Origin: a virus
Taxonomy: Duplodnaviria > Caudoviricetes
DNA length: 64,000 nt
Reading direction: 5' to 3' (one strand)
Virus record (IMG/VR): IMGVR_UViG_3300028048_000102
Location: 1 to 64,000 of that record
Part shown: positions 9,890-20,292 of the stretch, one piece after another
Layout of the letters: every line of letters begins with the position of its first letter
Numbering within the stretch: position 1 is the first letter of the stretch
The notes under the pieces: generated by a model
The model's input: the letters and a program-made list of their open reading frames with translations, nothing else
What the model was told of the DNA's origin: nothing
Database searches by the model: none
Translations under genes and position numbers: made by a program

Positions 9890-11662
9890 ATGAATCAACA
9901 AACTTTTATACATAACTATATTGAAGATACTACTCCTAAATTCAATCAAGATCTGTTTACCAGAGATGTAAAGAAAATCATCAAAGGTATTGAAGACATC
10001 ATATTCTCAATTGAACGAGATATTGGTAATACTACAATCAAAGTTATGAAATTTGAACATATCTCAGATTATAATGAGATATGGCAAACTTTACATGACT
10101 ATGAAGAAATTCAAGTAGCTAGAAGACGTAAATCTTCTAATACCAAATCCCTTCAGGAGAATCGATATGACTATATTGATTTAAATGAATCGGAGATAGA
10201 ACTGCTTAAAGTATATTACTATATCAGAGGTCCTCATAAGAATGATGATGGTAGTGTAGTTATTAAAGATGAGATATTTACAGTACTCATTGATATTCCT
10301 TCTGTAATAAATAAGTTCTATTATAAGTTTAATGGTAGCTTATACAGTTGTATGAATCAGGTTGTAGATGCATCTACATATAATACATCTACTTCTTCTA
10401 ATAATAAACATTACATATCGTTGAAAACCTCTTTCCAAAATGTAAGAATCTTTAGAAATGTTCATCCAATTACCACAGTAGATGGTGAATCAGTTTACTG
10501 TGTTACTTATGTGAATAATACATTCAATAAGTATATTCCAATTATTCAGTTCATACTTGCTAAGTATGGATTGTATGGAATGTTACAGTTCATGGGTTTA
10601 TATGGGAATATTATATCATTCTCTAGAGTTCCAGGTGAGAAAGTATATGTAGATGAATATGAATTCAAAGCTAAGAAAGCTGAGATTTATTATCATGTGC
10701 CAAAAGATATGTTTAATAAGTTCCATGTTATACAGCATATCATCTATGTACTAATAACAGTTCCTGTTAAGAACACCAACTTTGAGAATATCTTCGAAAC
10801 TAAATGGTGGACTTACATGCTTGGAGATTTATTCAATTCATCTATGGATCCATATGAGAAGGGAATGAATATTCTGTTCTCTGCAGATTTCATATATGAT
10901 TTGCCTACAAAGAATGATATCCATCTTCCAGAGGAATATAAGCATGATATCTTCTGTATCTTTAGATGGATACTTTGGGAATATAATAATCTTAGACTAA
11001 AAGACAATCTGAATATTCGTACTAAGAAGATTAAATCTGAGGAGTATATGCGTAATAAGTATTGTGCGAAGCTACGTGCTAATATGTATAGACTCTCAGA
11101 TATGTCTAAAGATGTCACTATTGAGGGAATTAAGAAGTGTCTTGATATTCCTCATGATTATATTATTAAAGAACTCTCTAAGAAGGATCCATTGATTCAG
11201 TTTAGAAGCATTGTATCTGACTTGGATTCTTATTTGCCTGCTAAGTTTACTTATAAAGGCGATGCAGGTATTCAAACAATATCTAAACAATATAAGTTAA
11301 TACACCCTACTAATTTGGGTATTCTTGATCCAGATAGTAGTTCTCCTTCAGATCCAGGTGCTACAGGAATGATAGTTCCTATGGTTAAACTATATGAAGG
11401 AAATTACTTCTCTGACTTCCAAGAACCTCTGACCTTCGAGAATGAATATGCAGAGATGTATAATAAGTTCAAAGAAGCTAATGGTCTTGCCGAAGCATAT
11501 AATATGCAAGAAAGACTATTAAATGACAAGAGGATAAATAAGGAGAAAATCCTGGAGGCTGAACGTAAAGCTGAAGAAATGAGGCAATTAGTCAGAACTA
11601 CAGGTATTCCAGAATATAATGGGTTACCATTAGAAGGAAGTGGAAGGATACAATATGTCTGA
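9890..11662 (+). CDS. Phage RNA polymerase beta subunit, N-terminal half
   Basis: HPTNLGILDPDSSSPSDPGATG resembles the beta HPSHYGRICP..TPEG.N.G motif; YYKFNG..NQVVD also present. Start moved to ATG 9890 (AAGGAG RBS). Confidence 0.8.
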   Translation: MNQQTFIHNYIEDTTPKFNQDLFTRDVKKIIKGIEDIIFSIERDIGNTTIKVMKFEHISDYNEIWQTLHDYEEIQVARRRKSSNTKSLQENRYDYIDLNESEIELLKVYYYIRGPHKNDDGSVVIKDEIFTVLIDIPSVINKFYYKFNGSLYSCMNQVVDASTYNTSTSSNNKHYISLKTSFQNVRIFRNVHPITTVDGESVYCVTYVNNTFNKYIPIIQFILAKYGLYGMLQFMGLYGNIISFSRVPGEKVYVDEYEFKAKKAEIYYHVPKDMFNKFHVIQHIIYVLITVPVKNTNFENIFETKWWTYMLGDLFNSSMDPYEKGMNILFSADFIYDLPTKNDIHLPEEYKHDIFCIFRWILWEYNNLRLKDNLNIRTKKIKSEEYMRNKYCAKLRANMYRLSDMSKDVTIEGIKKCLDIPHDYIIKELSKKDPLIQFRSIVSDLDSYLPAKFTYKGDAGIQTISKQYKLIHPTNLGILDPDSSSPSDPGATGMIVPMVKLYEGNYFSDFQEPLTFENEYAEMYNKFKEANGLAEAYNMQERLLNDKRINKEKILEAERKAEEMRQLVRTTGIPEYNGLPLEGSGRIQYV

Positions 11663-11891
11663 TACAAGAATATATTATTGGATCTACAGTCGTACTCAAC
11701 AAGATCGTATTGATGAGGCTAATAGGACTGCAGGTTTAGTAAATCCAACATATGGTAAGGTAGTAGTGAATGGATCACAAAAGATTTATACAGATATCGT
11801 TACTGATATGAATCATACTCCATTTGCTGATGCGAAGATACTTATTAAAGGGAGAAAAGATAAGATATCTTATACGTTACCTAACTTCTAA
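11655..11891 (+). CDS. Small hypothetical protein
   Basis: ATG 11655 with AAGGA RBS. Confidence 0.6.
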   Translation: MSDTRIYYWIYSRTQQDRIDEANRTAGLVNPTYGKVVVNGSQKIYTDIVTDMNHTPFADAKILIKGRKDKISYTLPNF

Positions 11892-11897
11892 AACATT

Positions 11898-11927
11898 TCC
11901 CTCTCTACCATTTTAGGTAGAGAGGGA
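11898..11927 (+). terminator. CCCTCTACC-family hairpin
   Basis: TCCCTCTCTACC..GGTAGAGAGGGA; related hairpins at 44409, 55176 and 61767. Confidence 0.65.
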
Positions 11928-11953
11928 TAAATATTATTAGGAGGGAAAAGCAA

Positions 11954-12235
11954 ATGGATAAACATTTTCACAAAGATGAATTTGGAGTTTGCCCATTATG
12001 TGGTGAACCTTTATATCTATTTAGCACAAATAGGCAGATGTTTCAATTAAATACTGGTGGATCAGTAACTAATGAATGTGCTAGTAGTGAAGATATAAGA
12101 TATGTATGTAGATGTGGGTTTAAAACAAATGCAAAGAAAACTATAGAGGGTATTCGTCCAGTAGAATTCGCAAGTAGACTGGATAATATATCTATAGATA
12201 AAGAGCATCCAATTGGGAGGATAGTAAATGATTAA
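11954..12235 (+). CDS. Zinc-ribbon protein
   Basis: CPLCG ... CRCG. Confidence 0.65.
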   Translation: MDKHFHKDEFGVCPLCGEPLYLFSTNRQMFQLNTGGSVTNECASSEDIRYVCRCGFKTNAKKTIEGIRPVEFASRLDNISIDKEHPIGRIVND

Positions 12236-12872
12236 GAATTTTGATAAGTTCACAGGGGTAAATATAATTGACATGTTTTCTGTTATGTATAGTCCTACAG
12301 TTATTAGAGTTGCATCTAGAAATATAAATAATAATGATAGATTTATGACACTTGCTAAAAAGTATTGTAAAGATATTAATATTAAAGGTTTATATGCATA
12401 TGCATATATTAGAGCTGACCGTTTATATAGAGATACTGCCATAGTATTTTTATATGGTAAAGCAAAAGACAATGCTAAAGAAAATCATATATGTAAAATA
12501 GTAACTGATACATATATTGGAGATAATATTTGTTTTATCTATGTAGATGAGTTAGAAAATTGTAAAGATTTGCAGTTGATACATTACATGAGAATGGATT
12601 TTAATACTATTATGGGTAGCGATTTTGCAATTGAAGTATTAATTGGTATTATTGGTACTAATAATAAACTTTATCATGAATATATAGATAATTGGAAATC
12701 AATTATATTAGATGATTCAGAAGATACGTATGATTATTCTGAACAGAGAACACAACTTAATCATCTAATTAATATGTATAGAGAAACATCCTCTAATGAA
12801 GTAGTTCGTGAAATCAATTATGGTGAAACTGATTATACTGAGCTTAGAGATGTATGTTTTTATTGTTGTTAA
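12228..12872 (+). CDS. Hypothetical protein
   Basis: 214 aa, GGGAGG RBS, ends CFYCC. Confidence 0.6.
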   Translation: MIKNFDKFTGVNIIDMFSVMYSPTVIRVASRNINNNDRFMTLAKKYCKDINIKGLYAYAYIRADRLYRDTAIVFLYGKAKDNAKENHICKIVTDTYIGDNICFIYVDELENCKDLQLIHYMRMDFNTIMGSDFAIEVLIGIIGTNNKLYHEYIDNWKSIILDDSEDTYDYSEQRTQLNHLINMYRETSSNEVVREINYGETDYTELRDVCFYCC

Positions 12873-12919
12873 TTTTGAAACCCTCTTCGGAGGGTTTCTT
12901 TTTTGTGAGGTGAGATAAT

Positions 12920-14584
12920 TTGGCTACAATACAATTAAGCTGTATTGATTATACAGGTAAACCAAATTATGATGCAAGTAATAATAATCTCAATTTTAAC
13001 GTAAAGAATATTTCAGAGATTATTACTAGCTACAGTATAAATCCTACTGATAAATCATATTTTGAATTTACTATCACTTCATATGGTTCTATAAATAATG
13101 TAAAGTATATACCTTTATATGTAGGTGTATCTAAGGAAGTTAGTTGTGGAGTTAATTCTAATGATTATTGTTATGGAAGTGTATTCTATAACTTAGTATC
13201 TGCTAATTATTCCATTATAGAAAATTTAAAAGGCAGTGTAATTAATGTATCTAGATCTCCATTAAAGATTGGTACGAAACCTCCTATTATTGATGATATT
13301 GTAGGAGTAGCTATAAATGCTCCAGATAATGAAATATCAATATATATAAATGGAAAGCTGTTATATTCTTTTTATCCAACTTTATTTGATTTAAGAATAA
13401 CTGAAGAAAAGATTTATCCAGCTATTTATTTCCCTAATAGTAATTCAAATATTATTGGTAAATTTAATTTTGGTAAGAGCAAACTTGAATACATACCATC
13501 TGGGTATTTGAGTGCTAATAAATTATATAATAAATCTAAAATCGATACTGAAATAGTAGGAAAACTTACAGTTGATAGAGATACTCCTAGAGTATCATCT
13601 GATATTACTGGTACAATAGAAACCATATCTATTAAGGGAGATGGAAGTGTATATCTTGTACAAGATGTTTCAGCAAACTTTTTAAAATCAGATAATCTAG
13701 AGTTCTCAATGAATATATATGAGAATCCATTATTCTCTAATTTACCATTGCCTAATAATTTAAAAATATATACAGAACTCTATATTCGAGATGGTGTTGT
13801 AGCTAATAAATATCTTGGTATTCCTATTTCTATAGGTCTTACAGATACTCCTTCTACATCAGGATATGAGACTAAAGATAACCACTTTATAAATATAAGA
13901 CTTTATCATATACTTCAAAGACCATATCAATATCTTGAGCATCTTCCAGGTGAAACTATAAGCCCTATATATGATTATATAGATGATTTAGATACTATCA
14001 TTCCTGCAGAACAAGGTAAATGGATAGGTATAGAAGTAGATCCAATTAATAGAGAAATTACTATTTGGATTAATAAGATAAAGTACTATACTTATAAATT
14101 TGAATCTCCATTCCCTAAGAATCCATATCTTTATATTAGGAATGATGATGGTGCTTTCATTAATTCTATCCATGGTATAATAAACTTTGGTAAAGATGAA
14201 GAACAGACATCTGATTTTTCTAAGATATTTAAAGGAAAAATGCCAGAAGATTGTATGAGCTTATGGCATTACTATAATAAAATGGGTCATTTTGCTGTTA
14301 CTGGAATACCTGATCTTGAAGGTGAAGTAATAGTAAATAATACTCCTGAAGATATTAATAAGTATATAAATGGATTTATTGAAGTAGAAGAAAATCTAAC
14401 TCCAGAAGAATATGAATTTGGTAATGGCATAAATAGAATGTATAAGACATATAGCCGAATGTCTGATACAGATCCTCATAATGATGAACCTAAGTATCAA
14501 AAGTATCCATATATCAATAGACTTATAGCTAAGAATAATGATGGCTATTATCCTGATGATCCAAATGATCCTGATTTTGATTAA
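12920..14584 (+). CDS. Tandem SPRY/concanavalin-like domain protein (probably virion-associated)
   Basis: Two SPRY-like segments: DDIVGVAIN..ISIYINGK..IYPAI..FNFG..YIPSGY and KWIGIEVD..ITIWINK..INFG. Confidence 0.6.
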   Translation: MATIQLSCIDYTGKPNYDASNNNLNFNVKNISEIITSYSINPTDKSYFEFTITSYGSINNVKYIPLYVGVSKEVSCGVNSNDYCYGSVFYNLVSANYSIIENLKGSVINVSRSPLKIGTKPPIIDDIVGVAINAPDNEISIYINGKLLYSFYPTLFDLRITEEKIYPAIYFPNSNSNIIGKFNFGKSKLEYIPSGYLSANKLYNKSKIDTEIVGKLTVDRDTPRVSSDITGTIETISIKGDGSVYLVQDVSANFLKSDNLEFSMNIYENPLFSNLPLPNNLKIYTELYIRDGVVANKYLGIPISIGLTDTPSTSGYETKDNHFINIRLYHILQRPYQYLEHLPGETISPIYDYIDDLDTIIPAEQGKWIGIEVDPINREITIWINKIKYYTYKFESPFPKNPYLYIRNDDGAFINSIHGIINFGKDEEQTSDFSKIFKGKMPEDCMSLWHYYNKMGHFAVTGIPDLEGEVIVNNTPEDINKYINGFIEVEENLTPEEYEFGNGINRMYKTYSRMSDTDPHNDEPKYQKYPYINRLIAKNNDGYYPDDPNDPDFD

Positions 14585-14600
14585 TGAGGTGCAATTTAAA

Positions 14601-14834
14601 ATGAGTGAGAATCTTATAGTTGGTTTTATAAGTAGATATGAAGCTATATCTCTACTTATAAACAATGATTTATCATCTATAGTAATAGACAATGATAAGT
14701 ATGAATATAATTCTTCTTATTGGAGAATGGGCCATACTGAAAAAATATTATATACAAAAGATATGAAAAACTGTATTGAAAAAATGAATAGTTTTCTCTA
14801 TAATAGAGAAGAAAAATGTTTACATTGTTGCTAA
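14601..14834 (+). CDS. Small hypothetical protein
   Basis: ATG 14601 after GAGGTG RBS; ends CLHCC. Confidence 0.55.
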   Translation: MSENLIVGFISRYEAISLLINNDLSSIVIDNDKYEYNSSYWRMGHTEKILYTKDMKNCIEKMNSFLYNREEKCLHCC

Positions 14835-14839
14835 AGAAG

Positions 14840-14865
14840 ATCCCCTATCCATATGGATAGGGGAT
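14840..14865. terminator. Bidirectional terminator between convergent genes
   Basis: ATCCCCTATCCA-TA-TGGATAGGGGAT. Confidence 0.7.
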
Positions 14866-14870
14866 ACTTA

Positions 14871-15845
14871 TTAATATTCATCAAATTTTCTTGTACCGAT
14901 AAGTCTAAGAGGATAAGTCAATCCAGCATTGATATTCTTAGCAATACCGTTTCTAATATCTGGAATTACATTATCTAAGAGAGATGGATCAGGAAGTGGA
15001 ATTCCTGGAATACTCTGACCAGTAGCAAGATCCTGAGCATCAAAGAACTTCTCATGAGTCTCTTGATTATATACTACAACTATCTTAATATTAGGATTCT
15101 GTTCCATACGAACAGCAGCTAATTCAGGAGATGGAGTATTAATAAAAGCATTATATCCATCAGAGTTATCAGTCATTACAGTATTAGGAGCTGTAATAGG
15201 AACTCCAAGTGTAGGTGCATTTAAAGATGCCTGATTTACTGCAATTGTAGGCATATTAGGAATAGTACCCATTGGAGTATTAACATATGCTCTATACATA
15301 TCCATAAGCATCTTATCATCATCCTGAGCCACTTCAGATGCTTTCATCTGCTTATTGCGTTCCATTTCAAGACGATGTGCATTTGTAATGGTATTATTGA
15401 TTTCTTTAATAGCAGAAATACGATTACTCATAAGAGAACCTGCTACAGAAGAGAGCTCACAGATATAATCATATTTCTTCTTAAGAGTACGAGCAGCACG
15501 AACAGCCTGAATATCCTGTTCAATCTGAACAGTCATCATATCAATAGCATTTACTGTACTCTTTAACTGTTCCTGATTCTCTTTATATGAATTAATAATA
15601 GGAACATTACTTTCCATAAGACTGAGTTCACGAGTAGACGGAACAGCAATAGCTCCAGCAGGAATTTCCTTCTTAGGACGACCACGTTTCTTCTTCTCTT
15701 CTACTGGAACATCTTGAATCTCTGTTCTAGAGATACTATTAGATCCACCATCAATAAAAGAAGAAAAGTCCATAGATGTAATATCTACAGTATTTGAATT
15801 AGAATTACCTTCTAATTTATGAAAGCCTTTTGGTAAATTACTCAT
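14871..15845 (-). CDS. Hypothetical coiled-coil protein with AT-hook-like KKRGRPKK
   Basis: GGAGG RBS before ATG 15845; AACA-N6-TA motif upstream at 15868-15879. Confidence 0.7.
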   Translation of the reverse strand: MSNLPKGFHKLEGNSNSNTVDITSMDFSSFIDGGSNSISRTEIQDVPVEEKKKRGRPKKEIPAGAIAVPSTRELSLMESNVPIINSYKENQEQLKSTVNAIDMMTVQIEQDIQAVRAARTLKKKYDYICELSSVAGSLMSNRISAIKEINNTITNAHRLEMERNKQMKASEVAQDDDKMLMDMYRAYVNTPMGTIPNMPTIAVNQASLNAPTLGVPITAPNTVMTDNSDGYNAFINTPSPELAAVRMEQNPNIKIVVVYNQETHEKFFDAQDLATGQSIPGIPLPDPSLLDNVIPDIRNGIAKNINAGLTYPLRLIGTRKFDEY

Positions 15846-15936
15846 ATACAAAACCTCCTATTTAAATTATTTGTTTGTTTTTGGAGTACTTTATGAAAGT
15901 ATACTTTGATAATATGATTAAAATTTTGATTAATTG

Positions 15937-15952
15937 TATACTATATATATGA
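15937..15952 (+). promoter_or_regulatory. Putative early promoter (copy 3)
   Basis: TATACTATATATATGA. Confidence 0.7.
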
Positions 15953-15958
15953 AGGAGA

Positions 15959-17893
15959 GTGATGAAAATGTCACAATTTAAACCAGGAGACAATATCTCC
16001 ATATTAAATACATCATATACTAGACCTAGTAAAGATGAAAATGGTAAGAAGATAAAAGACTATATTACTTTAGTTTATAAAGATTTAAATTCTGGTACTA
16101 AGTACCATAAAACTATATATGAGCCTAAGATTAATTATTATGTAATCAAACCAGAGTTTATAAAACCATATCCACAATTCTTTATTGAGAAAGACAAGGT
16201 TGAGAAAGTGAGTGTAAAATACTCAGAACTCAATCTTGATATTGCTAAACGAATTGGATGTGAAGATCAATTTTTTGAAAATATTCGTAATGGTCAAGCT
16301 AGTATGAATAAGATGGTTCATTTTAATCCAATGATAATGAGCTCTGATATTGGAATTGAAGCATTCTATAGAATGGAGTTTGATAAAACTTATAAGAATG
16401 AAGTATTTACTCCAACTAAGGCATATCTAGATATAGAGACAGATATCTGGTATATTGATAATAGATTCCCACAGTCTGGTGAGTGCCCTATAAATGCAGT
16501 ATCTCTTATTATAGATAATAATAAGACTTTATATGAGTTCTTATTAAGAGATAAGACTAATCCATTGATTGCACAGTTTGAGAATTATGTAGCAAACAAT
16601 GATTTCATTGGAGAGTTTAGAGACTTTGTAATCGAAAATGTAGGTGGAATAGATAAAGCTAAGTCATTTAAATTAGATGATTTTAATTATAAGATTATCT
16701 TCTTTGATTCTGAGATTCAATTAATCAAAGCTGTATTTGATGTAATCAATATGATGCAACCTGACTTTGTATTAGCATGGAATATGGCATTTGATATTCC
16801 ATTCTTTATTGAACGCATTAGAAATCTTGGATATGATCCTAAAGATTTCATGTGTCATACAGAATTCAAAGAGAAAGAATGTATGTATTATGTTGACCAG
16901 AATCACCTGAATGAGAGAGCTGAGAGAACTGACTTTGCTAAAATATCGTCTTATAGTGTATATCTTGACCAAATGATACAATTTGCTTCTAGACGTAAAG
17001 GACAGTCAGCCTTTACAGAGTTCAAGTTGGATACTATTGGTAGTCAGATAGCTAAAGTAAATAAATTAGATTATCATCATATTACTGAGAATCTTGGAGA
17101 TCTTCCTAGATTAGATTATAAGACTTTTGTAATGTATTCAATGTTTGATACTATTGTACAGAAGTGTATAGAAGAAAGTACTGGTGATATAAACTATGTA
17201 TTGAATAAAGCTATTCTGAATTCTACAGAATATGGTAGAGTACATAGACAGACAGTATATCTTGCTAATAGAGCAGCTATGTTCTTCTGGAATGAAGGAT
17301 ATGTAATAGGAAATAATGTAAATAGGATGAACGATAAAGGCGAAAAGTATGAGGGTGCATATGTAGCTGACCCAGTACTTGTAGCTGATACTCCTAAGGA
17401 AGTTATTCATTATGCTGATGGTACATCTGCTGTTGTAAATGTATGTAAGAATGCTTTGGATTATGACTATAAAGCTTTGTATCCATCTGAGACTATGGAG
17501 CATAATATAGCACCTAATACTCAGATTGGTATGATTAATATGCCTGAGCAAATATATGCAGATGAGAATCTTAGAAAGAGTGAGAAGTTTGTACGTTCAG
17601 GAGATTTCATAGAACATTTTGCTTCTCATAACTGGCTTGAAGTATGTAGAAGATATTTAAATCTAGCTTCATTTGAAGAAATGATAAATGATATTTTTGA
17701 GTACTTTGATAAATATGAGATTCCACAGCATAGAGTATATGGAACTACTGGATTACCAAAGGTATTCTTCCATACTGATAAGAGAATAGAAAAGAAAGAT
17801 GAATTGCTTAATAAGGAATTTAAGTATATTGAATATCCAAAAGAAGAAGCTTTAAATCTTAAAACAGAAGCGATGAGTAATCTAAAACTTTAG
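15959..17893 (+). CDS. Family B DNA polymerase, split subunit (3'-5' exonuclease plus motif A)
   Basis: ExoI YLDIETD, ExoII AWNMAFD, ExoIII YSMFD, YEGAYV, motif A DYDYKALYPS; motifs B and C not seen. Confidence 0.85.
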   Translation: MMKMSQFKPGDNISILNTSYTRPSKDENGKKIKDYITLVYKDLNSGTKYHKTIYEPKINYYVIKPEFIKPYPQFFIEKDKVEKVSVKYSELNLDIAKRIGCEDQFFENIRNGQASMNKMVHFNPMIMSSDIGIEAFYRMEFDKTYKNEVFTPTKAYLDIETDIWYIDNRFPQSGECPINAVSLIIDNNKTLYEFLLRDKTNPLIAQFENYVANNDFIGEFRDFVIENVGGIDKAKSFKLDDFNYKIIFFDSEIQLIKAVFDVINMMQPDFVLAWNMAFDIPFFIERIRNLGYDPKDFMCHTEFKEKECMYYVDQNHLNERAERTDFAKISSYSVYLDQMIQFASRRKGQSAFTEFKLDTIGSQIAKVNKLDYHHITENLGDLPRLDYKTFVMYSMFDTIVQKCIEESTGDINYVLNKAILNSTEYGRVHRQTVYLANRAAMFFWNEGYVIGNNVNRMNDKGEKYEGAYVADPVLVADTPKEVIHYADGTSAVVNVCKNALDYDYKALYPSETMEHNIAPNTQIGMINMPEQIYADENLRKSEKFVRSGDFIEHFASHNWLEVCRRYLNLASFEEMINDIFEYFDKYEIPQHRVYGTTGLPKVFFHTDKRIEKKDELLNKEFKYIEYPKEEALNLKTEAMSNLKL

Positions 17894-17946
17894 AACAAAA
17901 GATATAAAAATTATGCCCCGGTTAGGTTAGCCGGGGCATTGTATCT

Positions 17947-18012
17947 AAATATAATCAATAGAATTGATACCCCCCCTGCGTTAGGGGGGGTATCAAATAA
18001 TATCTATATTAA
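17947..18012. repeat. GC-rich palindromic site, copy 1 (C7-TGCGTTA-G7)
   Basis: TTGATACCCCCCC-TGCGTTA-GGGGGGGTATCAA; second copy at 18306-18368. Confidence 0.85.
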
Positions 18013-18027
18013 ATTTAAAATTAAAAA

Positions 18028-18043
18028 TATACTATATATATGA
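18028..18043 (+). promoter_or_regulatory. Putative early promoter (copy 4)
   Basis: TATACTATATATATGA. Confidence 0.7.
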
Positions 18044-18105
18044 ATAGAGGAGTACCAATAATGGTACTCCTCTTATATTTTGATTAATATTTTGGAGGCA
18101 TAAAT

Positions 18106-19059
18106 ATGATTGAATTTGTTGTTGATGAAAAAGGTAGAAAGATTTATAATGTAATGGAGTTTAATTCTCCAACAGGTAAACCGATTAGAACAATCATGAT
18201 TAATAATGATGTAGCATTTGTTGCTAAGGATTGTTTGGATTCTTTAGATTATCAGTATAAAGATAAAGAACCAAACAAACCAATATATACATTTGTTTCA
18301 CCAGAAAATATAATCAATGGAAAAGGGACCCCCCCTAACGCAGGGGGGGTATCAGATGTCTATATTAAGACTGAATACCATAATCAAATAAAACCAGTTT
18401 TATTAATTACTAGAATTGGATTTATTGAACTTGTATCAAAATCTAAGATGCCACAAGCTCAAGTATTCCAGCACTGGATGAATAATGAGGTATATGCTAA
18501 ATTGTATAATGGAGAACCATATGCTATTGATCATGGTAAGAATGGAGGATTTACTGAGTTCCTAAGAACTGTAGATAATAAGATTGGAGTTCCAGATCTT
18601 AGAGGAGATAATGCTGCTAGGATTAAAGATCTGATCACTAATTATGCTAGGATTTGTAGAATTACTTATCCAATGGCATTTCAAAAGTTTAAATTAATCT
18701 TCTGGAATGTATACAAGATTAATCTTGAACATGTACTTCCTAATAAATATCCATATTATAGAGAGATAGTGGATTATGGATATTATGAGCAAGCTAAGCT
18801 TATATTAAATACAATGATATATGAAGCAAGTAGTGCTAATGCTGGCCCATCTGAAATTATGAGATCTATTAATTCTTTGATGTCGGAATTAGAAATGGAA
18901 TGGCAGAATATGCAGAATAAGATGAAAGAGAATAATATAGTATCTCGGCCATTACCTTGTGGATTCAGAAGATTTACAACAGATCAAAAGCAGTATATAA
19001 ATAATGTTGCTAAAGCAAATAACATAACTCCATTTGAAGCAATGAGAATGTTATACTAA
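18106..19059 (+). CDS. BRO-N domain protein (antirepressor-like DNA-binding protein)
   Basis: IRTIMINNDVAFVAKD..LDY and ITRIGFIELVSKSKMPQAQVFQHWM match the BRO-N pattern. Confidence 0.85.
   Translation: MIEFVVDEKGRKIYNVMEFNSPTGKPIRTIMINNDVAFVAKDCLDSLDYQYKDKEPNKPIYTFVSPENIINGKGTPPNAGGVSDVYIKTEYHNQIKPVLLITRIGFIELVSKSKMPQAQVFQHWMNNEVYAKLYNGEPYAIDHGKNGGFTEFLRTVDNKIGVPDLRGDNAARIKDLITNYARICRITYPMAFQKFKLIFWNVYKINLEHVLPNKYPYYREIVDYGYYEQAKLILNTMIYEASSANAGPSEIMRSINSLMSELEMEWQNMQNKMKENNIVSRPLPCGFRRFTTDQKQYINNVAKANNITPFEAMRMLY
18306..18368. repeat. GC-rich palindromic site, copy 2, inside the BRO CDS (C7-TAACGCA-G7)
   Basis: Flanks are direct repeats of copy 1; the spacer is its reverse complement. Confidence 0.85.
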
Positions 19060-19074
19060 AGGAGGAATGTATAT

Positions 19075-19557
19075 ATGTATATTATATTATTAGAAAAGGA
19101 TATGGATAATTCTGTAATCTATTATGGCCGCTTTTTCGAAAAGGAGGAAGATGCAAGAAATTTTTGTGAAAAAATGAATGATTACATTAGATATTTAGAT
19201 TTATCTAGTGCATTATATAGATACACATATGATAAAGTTGATCCGTTAGATGGTATTGATATCACTCCATCATTAAATATAAATGTATGGATTAATAAAA
19301 ATACTAATAATGCTAAAATTACTGCTTATATGAGACTTGGAGGAGAAGAAGAATTATTAGAAGAAACACCACTAACTCAAGATGATGTTATGGTACACCA
19401 AATACCAGGATTATATTCATTTGAATTTTGTATGAAAATAGACATTAATAAAAAATTAGATGATTATTCAGAAGAGATAAAAAATAAAGCCAAAGAGTTA
19501 TCATCTAAATTATTGGACTATGAGCCAGAAACAATTACTATTGAATATAGTATATAA
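19075..19557 (+). CDS. Hypothetical protein
   Basis: AGGAGG RBS; upstream sequence identical to that of the 19626 gene. Confidence 0.65.
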   Translation: MYIILLEKDMDNSVIYYGRFFEKEEDARNFCEKMNDYIRYLDLSSALYRYTYDKVDPLDGIDITPSLNINVWINKNTNNAKITAYMRLGGEEELLEETPLTQDDVMVHQIPGLYSFEFCMKIDINKKLDDYSEEIKNKAKELSSKLLDYEPETITIEYSI

Positions 19558-19625
19558 TAAAAGGGAGTACCATATGGTACTCCTTATAAAAGTTTACTAG
19601 TATTTGTTTTAGGAGGAATGTATAT

Positions 19626-20111
19626 ATGTATAAAATATTAATAAATTATGATCTACTTGGATATATAGAAGATGTTGAAGATGGTGAAAAAATATGTGAT
19701 GCAGCTAATAAATATAATAGCCTAGCGTCAAATCCTAATACTGATATATATAGTATTGAAAAAGTAATTATGGATGATATAGTAGATTATATACCAAGAG
19801 TATATCTACAAATCCAAATAAGAATGTCTCCTAGAAAAAGATTTGTAATAGATATAGGAGTATACAAATCAAGAAACATATCTGATGCTGTAGAGCATGT
19901 TAGAAGAAAAGATGTATATACATATTGTGAATTAACAATGTTTTATCTAATTCCAAAACAAAATGAAACTGTAGAGGAATTAAAAGATAGATGCTTAAAG
20001 ACAGCAATTGATATAATTGATTGTCATAAAACATGGAAAGAGTATAAAGAATATGAAATATATTTAAATACTCAAAATGGTCAAGAGAAAATTGAAAGAA
20101 AGGATGATTAA
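19626..20111 (+). CDS. Hypothetical protein, possible distant paralog of 19075
   Basis: Same AGGAGGAATGTATATATGTATA start context, similar length and N-terminus. Confidence 0.65.
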   Translation: MYKILINYDLLGYIEDVEDGEKICDAANKYNSLASNPNTDIYSIEKVIMDDIVDYIPRVYLQIQIRMSPRKRFVIDIGVYKSRNISDAVEHVRRKDVYTYCELTMFYLIPKQNETVEELKDRCLKTAIDIIDCHKTWKEYKEYEIYLNTQNGQEKIERKDD

Positions 20112-20112
20112 T

Positions 20113-20292
20113 ATGGCAAAGGAATATCTCGCAGCAAAGCACCCTGGAGGACGTAGGATTCATATCCTGGATGAGGTAGTATGCGAACCTGAAGATTTCC
20201 CTGGTTCTGATATTGCTGGAATTACTAAGAATGGATTCGTTATTCACAATGATGGTGTTGTATATAACGATGAACTCGGTATTTATGAGTAA
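20113..20292 (+). CDS. Small hypothetical protein
   Basis: ATG 20113 with AAGGA RBS; terminator follows. Confidence 0.6.
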   Translation: MAKEYLAAKHPGGRRIHILDEVVCEPEDFPGSDIAGITKNGFVIHNDGVVYNDELGIYE

